Of a stretch of DNA of 64,000 bases, positions 28,488-38,447 are shown piece after piece; the first letter of the stretch is position 1; each line of letters begins with the position of its first letter. The translations under genes were made by a program, and so were the position numbers. The notes below the pieces were generated by a model that was not told where the DNA came from, made no database searches, and saw only the letters and a list, made by a program, of their open reading frames with translations. Source of the DNA: an uncultured Gammaproteobacteria bacterium (GTDB lineage: Bacteria > Patescibacteriota > Patescibacteriia > Magasanikbacterales > GWA2-37-8); contig CAYHBZ010000002.1 of NCBI GenBank assembly GCA_964355175.1, forward strand, positions 332,537 through 396,536, in the 5' to 3' direction.

Positions 28488-30551
28488 ATGGCCAAATATG
28501 TGAAGCCGACGGTCACTTTGACTAGAGTGCAGATTAAATGGAGGGTTGCTTGGATCGGAATTTTATTGGTAGTTTGTGGCCTGATAGTGTCTCCCCAATA
28601 CGCCAATCGTGGTGTTGATTGGGTCAATAGACAGACCAATCTTGGTGTACCTCGTTTACCTGAACAAGGCTTTAATTTAGGCTTGGATTTACAAGGCGGC
28701 GCTCATTTGGTGTACCAAACTGATACTACTCAGGTACCAGATGCCGACAAAGCTGATTCAGTAGAAGGTGTGCGTGATGTTATCGAACGTCGCGTGCGCG
28801 GAGGCCTGGGCGTATCCGAACCATTGGTGCAAACTACCAAAGTGGGAAATGATTATCGTATCATCGTAGAGCTTCCTGGTGTGACGGATGTAAATACCGC
28901 CATCAAAATGATTGGTGAAACTCCAGTACTCGAATTCAAAGAACAGAATGATCAACCTCCACGTGAATTGACCGCAGAAGAACAAAAACAATTGGATCAA
29001 TTCAACGCTAAAGCGACTGCCAAAGCCAACGCCGCTCTCAAAGAAGTAAAAAGTGGCGCGGATTTCGCTACCGTAGTAGCTAAATATACCGAAGACACCG
29101 CCAGCAAAAATAATGGTGGCGATCTTGGTTTTATTGATAACAAAATTTATCCAGAAATTTATAACTGGGCCAAAATTCACAAAGATGGGGAATACAGTAC
29201 CACTTTGGTAAAAAGTTTCGATGGTCTAAATATCCTCAAAAGAATTTCCGAGCGTCAGGGTGAAAAAGAAGTTTCTGCCGCCCATATCTTGATCTGTTAC
29301 AAAGGCGCCACTGCTTGCGATAATCCTCAGTATCTCACCAAAGGAGACGCTTTGAATAAAATTAAAGAAATTAAAGCGCAAGCCAACACTACAAATTTTT
29401 CTGATCTAGCCAAACAGTATTCCACTGAAGGGGCTGCCAAAACCACCGGTGGTGATCTTGGTACTTTTGGAAAAGGTGCAATGGTACCGGAATTTGAAAA
29501 AGCGGTTTTTGACGCTCCAATTGGTAGTATTTCCGAGCCGGTAGAAACTCAATTTGGTTATCATTTGATTTATAAAAAATCCGAACAGTTTGTGAAAGAA
29601 TATGATGTGGCCAGAATATTTGTGAAAACTCAGGAGAAAGCCGATATTGTGCCACCGACTGAAGAATGGAAAAGTAGTGGCTTGTCTGGTACTCAGCTCA
29701 AACGCGCTGAAGTGACTCAAGATTCTCGTACCGGACAAATCCAGGTAAGTTTGAATTTTGATGAGGCTGGTACAAAATTATTCTCTGAAATTACCGGTCG
29801 CAATGTAGGCAAGCCGGTGGCTATCTTCCTAGATGGTCAGCCAATTAGTATCCCAGTAGTAAATGAACCAATCTTGACCGGCAGTGCCGTAATTTCCGGT
29901 GGGTTTACTTTGCTAGAAGCCAAACAACTTTCTCAACGTCTAAATTCCGGTGCTTTACCAGTGCCGGTAGAATTAATCAGCCAGCAAAAAGTAGATGCTA
30001 CTTTGGGTAGCGATTCTTTGGCCAAAAGTTTCTATGCCGGTTTGATCGGGTTGCTCGGTGTGATGATCTTCATGGTTATCTATTATCGTTTACCAGGTGT
30101 GCTTTCCGTATTCTCCTTGGTGATTTATGCTTTGCTGAGTTTGGCCACCTTCAAATTAATTGGTGTAACTTTGACTCTGTCTGGTATCGCCGGTTTTATT
30201 TTGTCTATTGGTATGGCCGTGGATACGAATGTGCTCGTCTTTGAGCGTCTCAAAGAAGAATTACGCGCCGGCAAAAATCTCCACACCGCTTCGGAAGAAT
30301 CTTTCCGACGCTCTTGGCCATCTATTCGTGATGGTCATATCGCCACTCTGGTAAGCTGTGTATTCTTGGTCTGGTTTGGTACCGGCTTCGTACAGGGCTT
30401 TGCCGTGACTTTGGCTATCGGTGTGTTATTCAGTTTATTCACTGCTATCGTCGCTACTCGTGCCATGTCACGGTTGGTATTCAAATGGTTTGACGAAAAA
30501 GGCAATGTGCTTTTCTTGGGTTACACCAAGGGCAATGAAAATAATAAATAA
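28488..30551 (+). CDS. secD: Protein translocase subunit SecD with two inserted parvulin PPIase domains
   Basis: LGLDLQGG, IVELPG, AIFLDG, SIGMAVDTNVLVFER; inserts carry GGDLGF, AAHILI, GGDLG..MVPEFE..VETQFGYHLI. Confidence 0.95.
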   Translation: MAKYVKPTVTLTRVQIKWRVAWIGILLVVCGLIVSPQYANRGVDWVNRQTNLGVPRLPEQGFNLGLDLQGGAHLVYQTDTTQVPDADKADSVEGVRDVIERRVRGGLGVSEPLVQTTKVGNDYRIIVELPGVTDVNTAIKMIGETPVLEFKEQNDQPPRELTAEEQKQLDQFNAKATAKANAALKEVKSGADFATVVAKYTEDTASKNNGGDLGFIDNKIYPEIYNWAKIHKDGEYSTTLVKSFDGLNILKRISERQGEKEVSAAHILICYKGATACDNPQYLTKGDALNKIKEIKAQANTTNFSDLAKQYSTEGAAKTTGGDLGTFGKGAMVPEFEKAVFDAPIGSISEPVETQFGYHLIYKKSEQFVKEYDVARIFVKTQEKADIVPPTEEWKSSGLSGTQLKRAEVTQDSRTGQIQVSLNFDEAGTKLFSEITGRNVGKPVAIFLDGQPISIPVVNEPILTGSAVISGGFTLLEAKQLSQRLNSGALPVPVELISQQKVDATLGSDSLAKSFYAGLIGLLGVMIFMVIYYRLPGVLSVFSLVIYALLSLATFKLIGVTLTLSGIAGFILSIGMAVDTNVLVFERLKEELRAGKNLHTASEESFRRSWPSIRDGHIATLVSCVFLVWFGTGFVQGFAVTLAIGVLFSLFTAIVATRAMSRLVFKWFDEKGNVLFLGYTKGNENNK

Positions 30552-30555
30552 TCCT

Positions 30556-31464
30556 ATGATACCTTTTATTAAATACGCCAAATATTTATTGGCCGTAAGC
30601 GCGGTAGTAACGGTAATTAGTTTGGTCGCCCTTTTCACATGGGGATTAAAACCAAGTATTGATTTCACCGGCGGTTCATTGCTTGAAATAAGTTTCAGCA
30701 GTACTGTCCCAGACACTGCCGTTGTGGAAGCAACTCTGAAATCTGTTGGCCAAGAAAATGTCTTGATCCAAAAAACAGACGACAATAAATTAATTATTCG
30801 CACCGCTTTCTTGGATGAAGATGAACATCAAGCTGTGCTCAAAGGTTTACGCTCCAAATTTGAAACCAAAGACAATAAAGTAAACGAAGATCAGTTTGAA
30901 ACTATCGGTGCCGCTGTGAGTAGTCAACTCCGCAAGCGTGCTGTCACTGCGGTAATTTTGGTAGTGTTTAGCATCGTGGCCTTTGTGGCCTATGCTTTCC
31001 GCTCGGTGTCCTATCCGGTAGCCAGTTGGAAATATGGTGTTACCGCTATCATCGCCGCTATGCATGATGTATTGCTCGTAGTAGGTGTGTTTGCATTCCT
31101 CGGTCATTATCATAATGTAGAGGTAGATATTGGTTTTGTGGTGGCACTCCTCACAGTGATGGGCTACTCGGTGCAGGATACTATCGTAGTATACGATCGT
31201 ATTCGTGAAAATCTTTTGCACCGCCGCAGTGGCAACTTTAGTGAAATGATAGATATTGGTTTGAATGAAACTTTGATGCGTTCTATCAACACCACTTTGA
31301 TTACGATGATTCCTTTGACTGCTTTGTATATCCTCGGTGGTTCTAGTATCCATAATTTTGCTTTGGCTTTGTTGTTGGGTATTGCTTCCTGTGCTTATTC
31401 TTCTATCTTCGTAGCCAGCCCGTTGCTTGCTTATGTAGATAAATGGCAGAATAAAAAGAAATAA
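30556..31464 (+). CDS. secF: Protein translocase subunit SecF
   Basis: SIDFTGG, GYSVQDTIVVYDRIRE, TLMRSINT. Confidence 0.96.
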   Translation: MIPFIKYAKYLLAVSAVVTVISLVALFTWGLKPSIDFTGGSLLEISFSSTVPDTAVVEATLKSVGQENVLIQKTDDNKLIIRTAFLDEDEHQAVLKGLRSKFETKDNKVNEDQFETIGAAVSSQLRKRAVTAVILVVFSIVAFVAYAFRSVSYPVASWKYGVTAIIAAMHDVLLVVGVFAFLGHYHNVEVDIGFVVALLTVMGYSVQDTIVVYDRIRENLLHRRSGNFSEMIDIGLNETLMRSINTTLITMIPLTALYILGGSSIHNFALALLLGIASCAYSSIFVASPLLAYVDKWQNKKK

Positions 31465-31559
31465 GTACTTTCACGACAAAATAATAATCAACAGCTAAAA
31501 CCCGCCCTCACAGAGTGCGGGTTTTTTATTTTTGTGATATAATAATAGCATAATTATTT

Positions 31560-31631
31560 TGTCATTCTGAGTAAAACGAAGAATCCCTTAAAGTTTGGTA
31601 AAAGGGATCCTTCGCTACGCTCAGGATGACA
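31560..31631. repeat. Inverted pair of REP-like units
   Basis: TGTCATTCTGAGTAAAACGAAGAATCCCT ... AGGGATCCTTCGCTACGCTCAGGATGACA. Confidence 0.85.
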
Positions 31632-31646
31632 GTGTTTAAAAAAACT

Positions 31647-31820
31647 ATGTCTGGTCATGGTAGTGGGGCAAGCAGTCGTCATCTCGTGGCTTTTTTGGCC
31701 ACGGCGGTGGCTGGCCTTGCCTTTATATCCGGCTATGCTTCCGGCCTGCACGGCTGGTGGTGGACCGCCTTTGGATTGGCGGTAGTATATGGCGGAGTAT
31801 ATAAAATTATAGACGCCTAG
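31647..31820 (+). CDS. Small two-TM membrane protein
   Basis: 57-aa hydrophobic ORF ending 4 bp before the next gene. Confidence 0.6.
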   Translation: MSGHGSGASSRHLVAFLATAVAGLAFISGYASGLHGWWWTAFGLAVVYGGVYKIIDA

Positions 31821-31824
31821 AGCT

Positions 31825-33249
31825 ATGAATGATTTTTCTTTTTTCTCCGTTTTTGGTTTTACCATTAATTGGGATTTTTGGAATTGGATAGTGGTTCAGC
31901 CACCCAGCGATACTGTCTGGTATATTTTTGTTATTATTGGTTGGGCCGCGTTAGCACTCGTATTTTTCTATATGGGTGCTCATTTTTGGGTGAATTATCG
32001 CAGAGAAAAATATACGGCCAAATGGCAATGGATGGTATTGGCTGTGGATGTGCCACCGCTATATATTCAAACCCCAAAAGCGGTAGAGCAAATTTTTGCC
32101 CATCTCAGCGGCGCAAAAGTGGGTATCAGTATCAGGCAAAAATACTGGGAAGGAAAGAAACAAAAATATTTTAGTTTTGAAATAGTTTCGGTGGAAGGCT
32201 ATATCCAATTTCTCATTCGCACCGAAGCGGAATTTCGTGATTTGGTAGAAGCGGCCGTGTATGCGCAATATCCGGAAGCGGAAATTACCGAGATCGAGGA
32301 CTATGTGGATATGGTGCCAAATTCTTTTCCAAATTCCACCCATCATATGTTGGCGGTGGAATTCAAATTGGCCGATGCCGACGCTTATCCTATTCGTACC
32401 TATCCCAGCTTTGAATATAAAATTAGCAAAGACGATGTTTTCAGTGATCCGATGGCCGCGATTTTGGAAAACTTTTCTCGTATTGGTCATGGCGAAAATT
32501 TATGGTTTCAAATTATTCTCGAGCCTACGGGCAGTGCTTGGAAAACCAAAGGGATTGCTTTGCTAAAAAGTATTATTGCCGGTGATCACGGTCATCACGG
32601 TAATCCAGTCTTGAGTTTTATTGGCGATTTACCGATGAAGGTGGCCAAAGAATTATTTACCATAATGAATAACACTGAATTTAGCGGCCATGAAGAGGAG
32701 CACGCGCCAGTGGCCGGGAAAATTAGCGATCTGACGCCCGGCGTCAAATCTACTCTCGAAGCGATAGAAGATAAAATTGCCAAGATTGGTTTCAAAACAA
32801 AAATGCGCGCGGTGTATATGGCTCGCAACGAAGTGTTCAATCCCAGCCGCTGTATTGATGGCTTTGTTGGTGCGATGAACCAGTTTCATATTCAGAGTCG
32901 CAACGCGATAGTGCCAAGTTCGATAAGTCATGGACATTTTGTTTTTTTCAAACGCTGGCAACAAGAAATGTTGGATAATAAATTTATAAAAAATTATGTC
33001 AAAAGAAAAATCAAATCTGGCGCCAGTCCATACATATTAAACATTGAAGAGTTAGCCACGGTGTGGCATTTCCCATTACCATTTGTGAAGACCCCGCTTG
33101 TACAAAAATCCGGAGCAAAGCGTGGCGAACCGCCTATCAATCTTCCTGTGGATATGATCGAAAGCCCGCTAAAAGTGAAGACCAAAGGCCAAGCGCTGCC
33201 TCCGCCACCATTGCCCGAGCCCGAAGTGGAAGAATTGCCTTATGGATAA
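31825..33249 (+). CDS. Membrane protein paralogous to the N-terminal domain of the VirD4-like ATPase at 42993-45554
   Basis: Shared motifs FSFEIV/LSFEIV, AQYPEAEI/AQYPHAEI, NIEELATVWH/NTEEMASLWH. Confidence 0.75.
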   Translation: MNDFSFFSVFGFTINWDFWNWIVVQPPSDTVWYIFVIIGWAALALVFFYMGAHFWVNYRREKYTAKWQWMVLAVDVPPLYIQTPKAVEQIFAHLSGAKVGISIRQKYWEGKKQKYFSFEIVSVEGYIQFLIRTEAEFRDLVEAAVYAQYPEAEITEIEDYVDMVPNSFPNSTHHMLAVEFKLADADAYPIRTYPSFEYKISKDDVFSDPMAAILENFSRIGHGENLWFQIILEPTGSAWKTKGIALLKSIIAGDHGHHGNPVLSFIGDLPMKVAKELFTIMNNTEFSGHEEEHAPVAGKISDLTPGVKSTLEAIEDKIAKIGFKTKMRAVYMARNEVFNPSRCIDGFVGAMNQFHIQSRNAIVPSSISHGHFVFFKRWQQEMLDNKFIKNYVKRKIKSGASPYILNIEELATVWHFPLPFVKTPLVQKSGAKRGEPPINLPVDMIESPLKVKTKGQALPPPPLPEPEVEELPYG

Positions 33250-33311
33250 AATTAAAGCCCTCAGTGATGAGGGCTTTTTGTTTAATCTAAAGCAAAATAA
33301 AGGCAAATAGA

Positions 33312-33340
33312 TTGACAAAACCACTATTTTATGCTATACT
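33312..33340 (+). promoter_or_regulatory. Near-consensus sigma70 promoter
   Basis: TTGACA-17 bp-TATACT with extended TG; boxA-like GTTCTTTTATAAC at 33350; hairpin 33387-33444. Confidence 0.8.
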
Positions 33341-33501
33341 ATTCAGTTAGTTCTTTTATAACTATAATGACCAAGTCGTACCAAAAGAGGTAATGGGTAT
33401 CATATATTTCTAAAAAATAGGAATATATGATACCCATTTGCCTCCGGAACTTTTTCCTGAGGCGTTCGTTGGCTGGGTGCCAACATCCTTCAGGAGACAA
33501 G

Positions 33502-33909
33502 ATGAATCCCTCGGTTACTTATTGTGTGATTCTCGTCCGTGATGTGGTGGATGAAGAAGGGCGGAAGGAAGAGTACGAATCGCCGTTTGTTGTGACCAAG
33601 GAGTCACAGTGGTCGTTCGGGTTCTTGCCCGAAACGGACCAGGAGATCCGCTTCGGCGAATTCGGTGACAACGAGAAGGAGACCATCGCCAATGTAACCA
33701 TGACCAGGATCTATCCCGACAGTGGGCGGATGGTTATCTTTTGCAAGGTCAAGTACATGTGGGACATGCAGAGGTTGCGCACGCAGGGTTGGACGCTCGA
33801 AGGCTCTGTCCGTCTCGGTGCACCGGAGGTGGAAGTCCTGTACCAATGGCACCTCAATTGGGCGGATAATGGCTATAAGGACAAGGATCTCCAAGAAGCG
33901 GAGTTCTAG
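33502..33909 (+). CDS. GC-rich orphan acidic protein
   Basis: AGGAG SD before the ATG; C/G-ending codons; flanked by hairpins. Confidence 0.65.
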   Translation: MNPSVTYCVILVRDVVDEEGRKEEYESPFVVTKESQWSFGFLPETDQEIRFGEFGDNEKETIANVTMTRIYPDSGRMVIFCKVKYMWDMQRLRTQGWTLEGSVRLGAPEVEVLYQWHLNWADNGYKDKDLQEAEF

Positions 33910-34085
33910 TCCTCTGTCGTCAGCCCAACAGCCCCACTCGCTACAAGCGGGCAGTGGGGCAGACGCGGTAGATATCACTCGCCGCGCAATTTGAAAATAA
34001 CATATTTGTTTTCAGATTGTGCGAGTGATATAAACGCTTAAAAAATAAAACACACCAATTAAATTTGGTGTGTTTTTTGTTTTGT

Positions 34086-34616
34086 TTATTTTGTTGTCTG
34101 TAAACTTGTTTCCGGAACCAATTTTTTTATCATTTCATATCCGCCAATCAGTACACCGCTGTAGAATAAGTTGCTTATAATTTCATTGCGCCAGAAGGGG
34201 AGAGCCATATAATAGCTTTGCAACAATCCGGAAAAGTCATGAGTGTACATGGTGCCAAATAGCCAGACTGCGCCATTGGTAAGTAAGAAGAAAATTAGAC
34301 TACCGGAAAGTACACCGATGATAACATTGGAAACGCCAATTTTATTTTTTAGATATTGGCCGATTAGCACCATCAAAACAAATCCAACATATACTGAAGC
34401 CATAATTGATGGGCGATAGAAACCAATAAAGATATCGCTGATAAACATTGCCGCCAAAGGTAAAAGCAAAGATTCTTTTTTGCCCAGATATAAACCGGCA
34501 AATAGAGCGACCGCGCCCATAGCGGTAAAATTACCAGGGTGAGGCATGAAGCGGGTGGCAATGGCCAGGATTATTAGCAGGTAGATAGGTAATTTTTTCA
34601 TAAGTTCAGTAATCAT
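34086..34616 (-). CDS. DUF6580/BtuM-like S-component, probable cobalamin transporter
   Basis: RFMPHPGNFTAMGAVALFAG, AMFISD, FFLLTNGAVW, Y.MALPF; last gene of a B12-riboswitch operon. Confidence 0.8.
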   Translation of the reverse strand: MITELMKKLPIYLLIILAIATRFMPHPGNFTAMGAVALFAGLYLGKKESLLLPLAAMFISDIFIGFYRPSIMASVYVGFVLMVLIGQYLKNKIGVSNVIIGVLSGSLIFFLLTNGAVWLFGTMYTHDFSGLLQSYYMALPFWRNEIISNLFYSGVLIGGYEMIKKLVPETSLQTTK

Positions 34617-34628
34617 TTAGTGGCTAAA

Positions 34629-37600
34629 TTATAGCACATTCTTTATCAATCTCAAACCTAAGTACAGTCCAAGCGCGGCGGCACTGCCTCCGGTCACAGC
34701 GAGCACTTTTTTGGCGGTGCGGCGGGTAGGAGTGTCGAGCGGCAAGTCGTCGATTGGGCTGGTTTTGTCTTCTATTTTTTCTGCGGAGCTTAATTGCTGC
34801 TGTTGTTTAAGAGAAGTGATATTGTCAGATGAGTTGTTGGAATCATTGTTGGTGGTAGGGGAAACAGCTACCACTTTGACAGTAGGTTGTGCTACCAAAA
34901 TCACTGGTTTGGTTTCAGGTAATTCTGTTGCTAGCACGACAGTGGTCGTAGCGGGGGTAGTGGTTGCTATGGTCGTGGTAGCTACTGTAGTGGTGGCAAT
35001 GGTAGTGGTTGCTATAGTAGTGGTAGGAGTACTCGTAGGAATTACAATAATTTCAGAAGATCCACCCGAGCCAGTAGTGACAGATTTTGGATCCAAAGTT
35101 ATTGGCCAAGATTTTCCAAGCATAGCTGGTACGGCAGATTTCGTGCCAAACCAATCAATGCCACCATCCCAGGATTGAGTGAAATGATCATTATTTAAAG
35201 TTGTCAAAATATACCAAGGGTTTTTTCCGACAGAATTAAACCATTCATTTTGGCCTTCTCCCAAAGCATTAATACCCATCACAGCCCAGCTGGTCGTCAG
35301 GCTGTCTGACTCAGCACAGCCATTAGTGTAATCATAGCAACCCCAGCCACCATCGGTGTGCTGTTGGTTTTTTAGATATTGTTTTGCTTTTGTATAAATA
35401 TCGGCATTCACAGTCGCGCCATTATTTTCGGCATACTTCAAAGCATTCACAGCCGCACCCGTAAGATCTGGTGATTCAAATGGACCGGGATAAGCGAAAC
35501 CACCGTCGGCTTCTTGATTGGCTTTGATTGCACTGAGCGTGGTCTGCACTACTGGTGAATTTTGGTCTTCGCCGATAGCAATGGCCGCGATCAAACCAAA
35601 TATGTCATCGTTAATTCCAGTTTGTCCAAAGATGTTATTTTGTACGCATGCGTCTAGCTTTGTTTTTAGGGCAATAATTTTGCTGTCATTTTTGGCGACA
35701 CTACTGGCGAGCAAACCTAAAATGTGACGAGGGTAAGCGGCGCAACTATTTAATTCTGTGTCTAAAAGACTACTATCGTAGTTGTATAGATAATTATAAA
35801 GAGACGAACTGGAATTTTTTACATCCGCGGCGTAAATATTTTTGGCGGCAAAAGTCAGGGCCAACCAATCCGAAGTGCCGGCGTCGATAATTTTACCATC
35901 AGCGCTTTGGTTGGTTTTGATAAAGTTAATTAATTTTGTGACAGCGCTGTCTATAGCGGTGGTGGAAATTAGTTGGTTGCTAGGAGAGCTGGATCCACCG
36001 CCGGAAGTGGAAGTAGTGCTGGTAGTATTTTGGTTGCTAGGCAAGTCGGTCACTACCAGTGTAATAGGCGCGCTCCATTTTAAGTAATTTTCATCGGTAA
36101 TTTTGGCAGAGTATGTGCCGGTGCTACTAAAATTATAGTAAGCCACACCTTGGTCATTGCTCAGTGTGGTGGAAACTGTAATGTCTGTGTCCCACCAGCC
36201 GGTAGGAGTAGGATTGGGAATAGTGATGGCCACTAAATCATTTGGATCCAAAACCCATTCGTTGCTTAGGTCGCTGTAATTATATTTCCAAGTATAAAAT
36301 GGCGTGGAAGTATTGATATAGACATTATTACTTGGGGTCGTAATTTTCCAAGAGTCTCCAAAATAAATATAAATATTTTCACCACCGTTTAAGGTCATAC
36401 TGCCCATACCAACTTGAGGGTAGACATTATTAACAACATAATTCCAATTACCACAAGTGGATGTGGCGATGCTTTCAATGTATAAACAGTTCAGATAATA
36501 GCCATAGTCGGAGAGTTGTAGATCGGATATAGAAAAGGTGGTAGTATTTTGAGCCGCATTTATTAAAGCTGTAAGAACGGTGGTCGAGGTAGTGGAAGTA
36601 GTTAATCCTTGGTTGTATGTAATCAAGGTATTGGTGGATAAAGTTACAGGACCAGAAAAAACAAAACCATTTTGATAACGGATATTTAGGTTAACAGTTA
36701 AATCTGTGGAGCTGGCAGTGCTAGCAACAGAACCTGTGTCCTCTGGTGTAGGCGCAACATACGGATCAAAAGTAAAGTTATTTATAATAAATTCATTGGT
36801 AGTATTGTTGGTTGGAATCAATCCTCTGTATTGCCAAAAATTTATATCTACCAAGGCATTGCTTGGGTCAAAATTATTGGTACTACCATCGGTGCTGGTT
36901 GTGTATGTCCAGCTACTGATGGTATTTCCATTTTGAGTGGTACTAAAATTAATTTTATCTGGTTGCCAATCGATAATATCTTCAAAAATACCATCGGAGA
37001 AAGTGGCCACTGAAATTTGTTTGTTGCCATCTTTACTGCCAGGCTGTACGACATAGAATAGATTATCACTGCCAGTTTCATCGGCCCAGTAAGAATGTTC
37101 GATGTCCAGTTCGTGACTATCATCCTGGTATAAAAAAGGCGCGGCTACCAGATTATGATCGAGTAAATCAGGGCGAGTGTTTATTTCAAAAGTATATTTT
37201 CCGTAACCTAAAGAAGCAGGTAGATAAACTTCGGAAGAGTACCATTTCTGATCATCTGCGTGTTGGGAAACTCTTAAGTGTAGGGCGGATCCGTCCAGGA
37301 AGACATCTTTATCCGTATTGCCCCAATTATTTTTAATTCCTGTATCTGTAATGCCGGGTAGTCCAGTTCCGCCTCGCACTTTCCAGGTGCGACCGGCAAA
37401 ATCTATTGTGTCCAAGATTGTGGGTCCAAAAGCTTCAAGAATTAAGGGAGTGAAGTTTTCGGTGGTAGTGGTGGTGCTGTTTGTTTCGGTTGATTGAGTA
37501 GTCTCGGCCTCTATAACGGTAGTAGTGGAAGTGGAGGATGTTTCTTCAGTGGTGGTAGTGTTTTCTTCTGCCCGACTGTTACCGGCCACAAATACTATTC

Positions 37601-37655
37601 CCAAAATAATTATCGCCCCCCAGATCAGTTGTTTTTTAAAATTGAGGTACTTCAT
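34629..37655 (-). CDS. Cell-surface protein: GH16-like + DUF4430 + prenyltransferase/squalene-oxidase-repeat barrel + Thr-rich stalk + C-terminal anchor
   Basis: Signal peptide; ELDIE (ExDxE); WNYVVNNVYPQVG; QxxDG repeats (QSADG, QEADGGF, QHTDGGW); ATTT repeats; C-terminal TM. Confidence 0.75.
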   Translation of the reverse strand: MKYLNFKKQLIWGAIIILGIVFVAGNSRAEENTTTTEETSSTSTTTVIEAETTQSTETNSTTTTTENFTPLILEAFGPTILDTIDFAGRTWKVRGGTGLPGITDTGIKNNWGNTDKDVFLDGSALHLRVSQHADDQKWYSSEVYLPASLGYGKYTFEINTRPDLLDHNLVAAPFLYQDDSHELDIEHSYWADETGSDNLFYVVQPGSKDGNKQISVATFSDGIFEDIIDWQPDKINFSTTQNGNTISSWTYTTSTDGSTNNFDPSNALVDINFWQYRGLIPTNNTTNEFIINNFTFDPYVAPTPEDTGSVASTASSTDLTVNLNIRYQNGFVFSGPVTLSTNTLITYNQGLTTSTTSTTVLTALINAAQNTTTFSISDLQLSDYGYYLNCLYIESIATSTCGNWNYVVNNVYPQVGMGSMTLNGGENIYIYFGDSWKITTPSNNVYINTSTPFYTWKYNYSDLSNEWVLDPNDLVAITIPNPTPTGWWDTDITVSTTLSNDQGVAYYNFSSTGTYSAKITDENYLKWSAPITLVVTDLPSNQNTTSTTSTSGGGSSSPSNQLISTTAIDSAVTKLINFIKTNQSADGKIIDAGTSDWLALTFAAKNIYAADVKNSSSSLYNYLYNYDSSLLDTELNSCAAYPRHILGLLASSVAKNDSKIIALKTKLDACVQNNIFGQTGINDDIFGLIAAIAIGEDQNSPVVQTTLSAIKANQEADGGFAYPGPFESPDLTGAAVNALKYAENNGATVNADIYTKAKQYLKNQQHTDGGWGCYDYTNGCAESDSLTTSWAVMGINALGEGQNEWFNSVGKNPWYILTTLNNDHFTQSWDGGIDWFGTKSAVPAMLGKSWPITLDPKSVTTGSGGSSEIIVIPTSTPTTTIATTTIATTTVATTTIATTTPATTTVVLATELPETKPVILVAQPTVKVVAVSPTTNNDSNNSSDNITSLKQQQQLSSAEKIEDKTSPIDDLPLDTPTRRTAKKVLAVTGGSAAALGLYLGLRLIKNVL

Positions 37656-38217
37656 ATTTCCAAGTTAGTGAATCGTTATTTTTTAAAATATAATTTGAGA
37701 TGCCCGTTTGCGCCGGTTTGCTATTGAGGTAGTAGATCCAGTATTTGCCGGCATTCTTATCGGTTTTGACTCCATCGATTTCATCTACGAAATATCCTAG
37801 GCTAGAAAATGGTTTGAAAATGGCAGTGATTTTTTTCTCGTCTACCAGCTGTGCCATCGCGTCATAGGCCGTAGATTTTTCGGCCATCAGCAATGAATAG
37901 TTTTGGCCGTTAATTATTATCGTAACACTCAGAGTATTTTTTTCTGGAATTGGAGTGGTGGTTGGGGTGGCTTCGGAAGGTGTGTCAGTCGCCACGTTAG
38001 AATTTTTTTGTTCAGGCTGTCTGGTTTCTTTTTTCTGTTCCGGTACGGTCAGAGTGGTGTTGGTGGCGACATCAGACCAAGGCAGACTTTGCGCCACAGG
38101 AGCGGGCGAGACTGGTTTGGGTGTCGCGGCTTTATTTGGCAGTAGCAGATAGGCGCCGCTAGCTAGGGCCATGAATATTAGGACCATCCAGAGCCGCGTT
38201 AGGTGTTTGTTATGCAT
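37636..38217 (-). CDS. DUF4430 (transcobalamin beta-domain-like) membrane-anchored protein
   Basis: LGYFVDEIDG...KYWIYYLNSKPAQTGISNYILKNNDSLTWKY. Confidence 0.88.
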   Translation of the reverse strand: MHNKHLTRLWMVLIFMALASGAYLLLPNKAATPKPVSPAPVAQSLPWSDVATNTTLTVPEQKKETRQPEQKNSNVATDTPSEATPTTTPIPEKNTLSVTIIINGQNYSLLMAEKSTAYDAMAQLVDEKKITAIFKPFSSLGYFVDEIDGVKTDKNAGKYWIYYLNSKPAQTGISNYILKNNDSLTWKYEVPQF

Positions 38218-38290
38218 ATTGTTATTTAAAAAAGAAAAAACCCTTTCCCGGGAGAAAAGATTCAAAAATAGAACATTCCTGCTCGGGAAG

Positions 38291-38387
38291 AACTATTATT
38301 TGAAGACCGGACTTGTTCTCGACTTAGTCGAGACTTTACCGTTGCGGCACAGTGGAGGAATTGACCTCACTTCCACAAATAATAGGT
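38291..38387 (-). promoter_or_regulatory. Compact cobalamin riboswitch (class II-like)
   Basis: Minus strand GGAAGTGAGGTCAATTCCTCCACTGTGCCGCAACGGTAAA...AAGTCCGG closed by CTATTATTTG/CAAATAATAG; terminator-like hairpin near 38256-38227; upstream of DUF4430 genes. Confidence 0.85.
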
Positions 38388-38447
38388 TAAATTGTATGTA
38401 TAAACTATCAGGGTTCTAAGGCACTGTCAAAGCGGGTGTGGATAAGT

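Noticed and set aside
31554-31865. 103-aa minus-strand ORF containing CHPERSEGS
   Set aside because: Translation of the REP pair and antisense to a more plausible membrane ORF
34938-35030. 15-bp periodic repeat
   Set aside because: Explained by the protein-level (I/V)ATTT stalk with synonymous divergence
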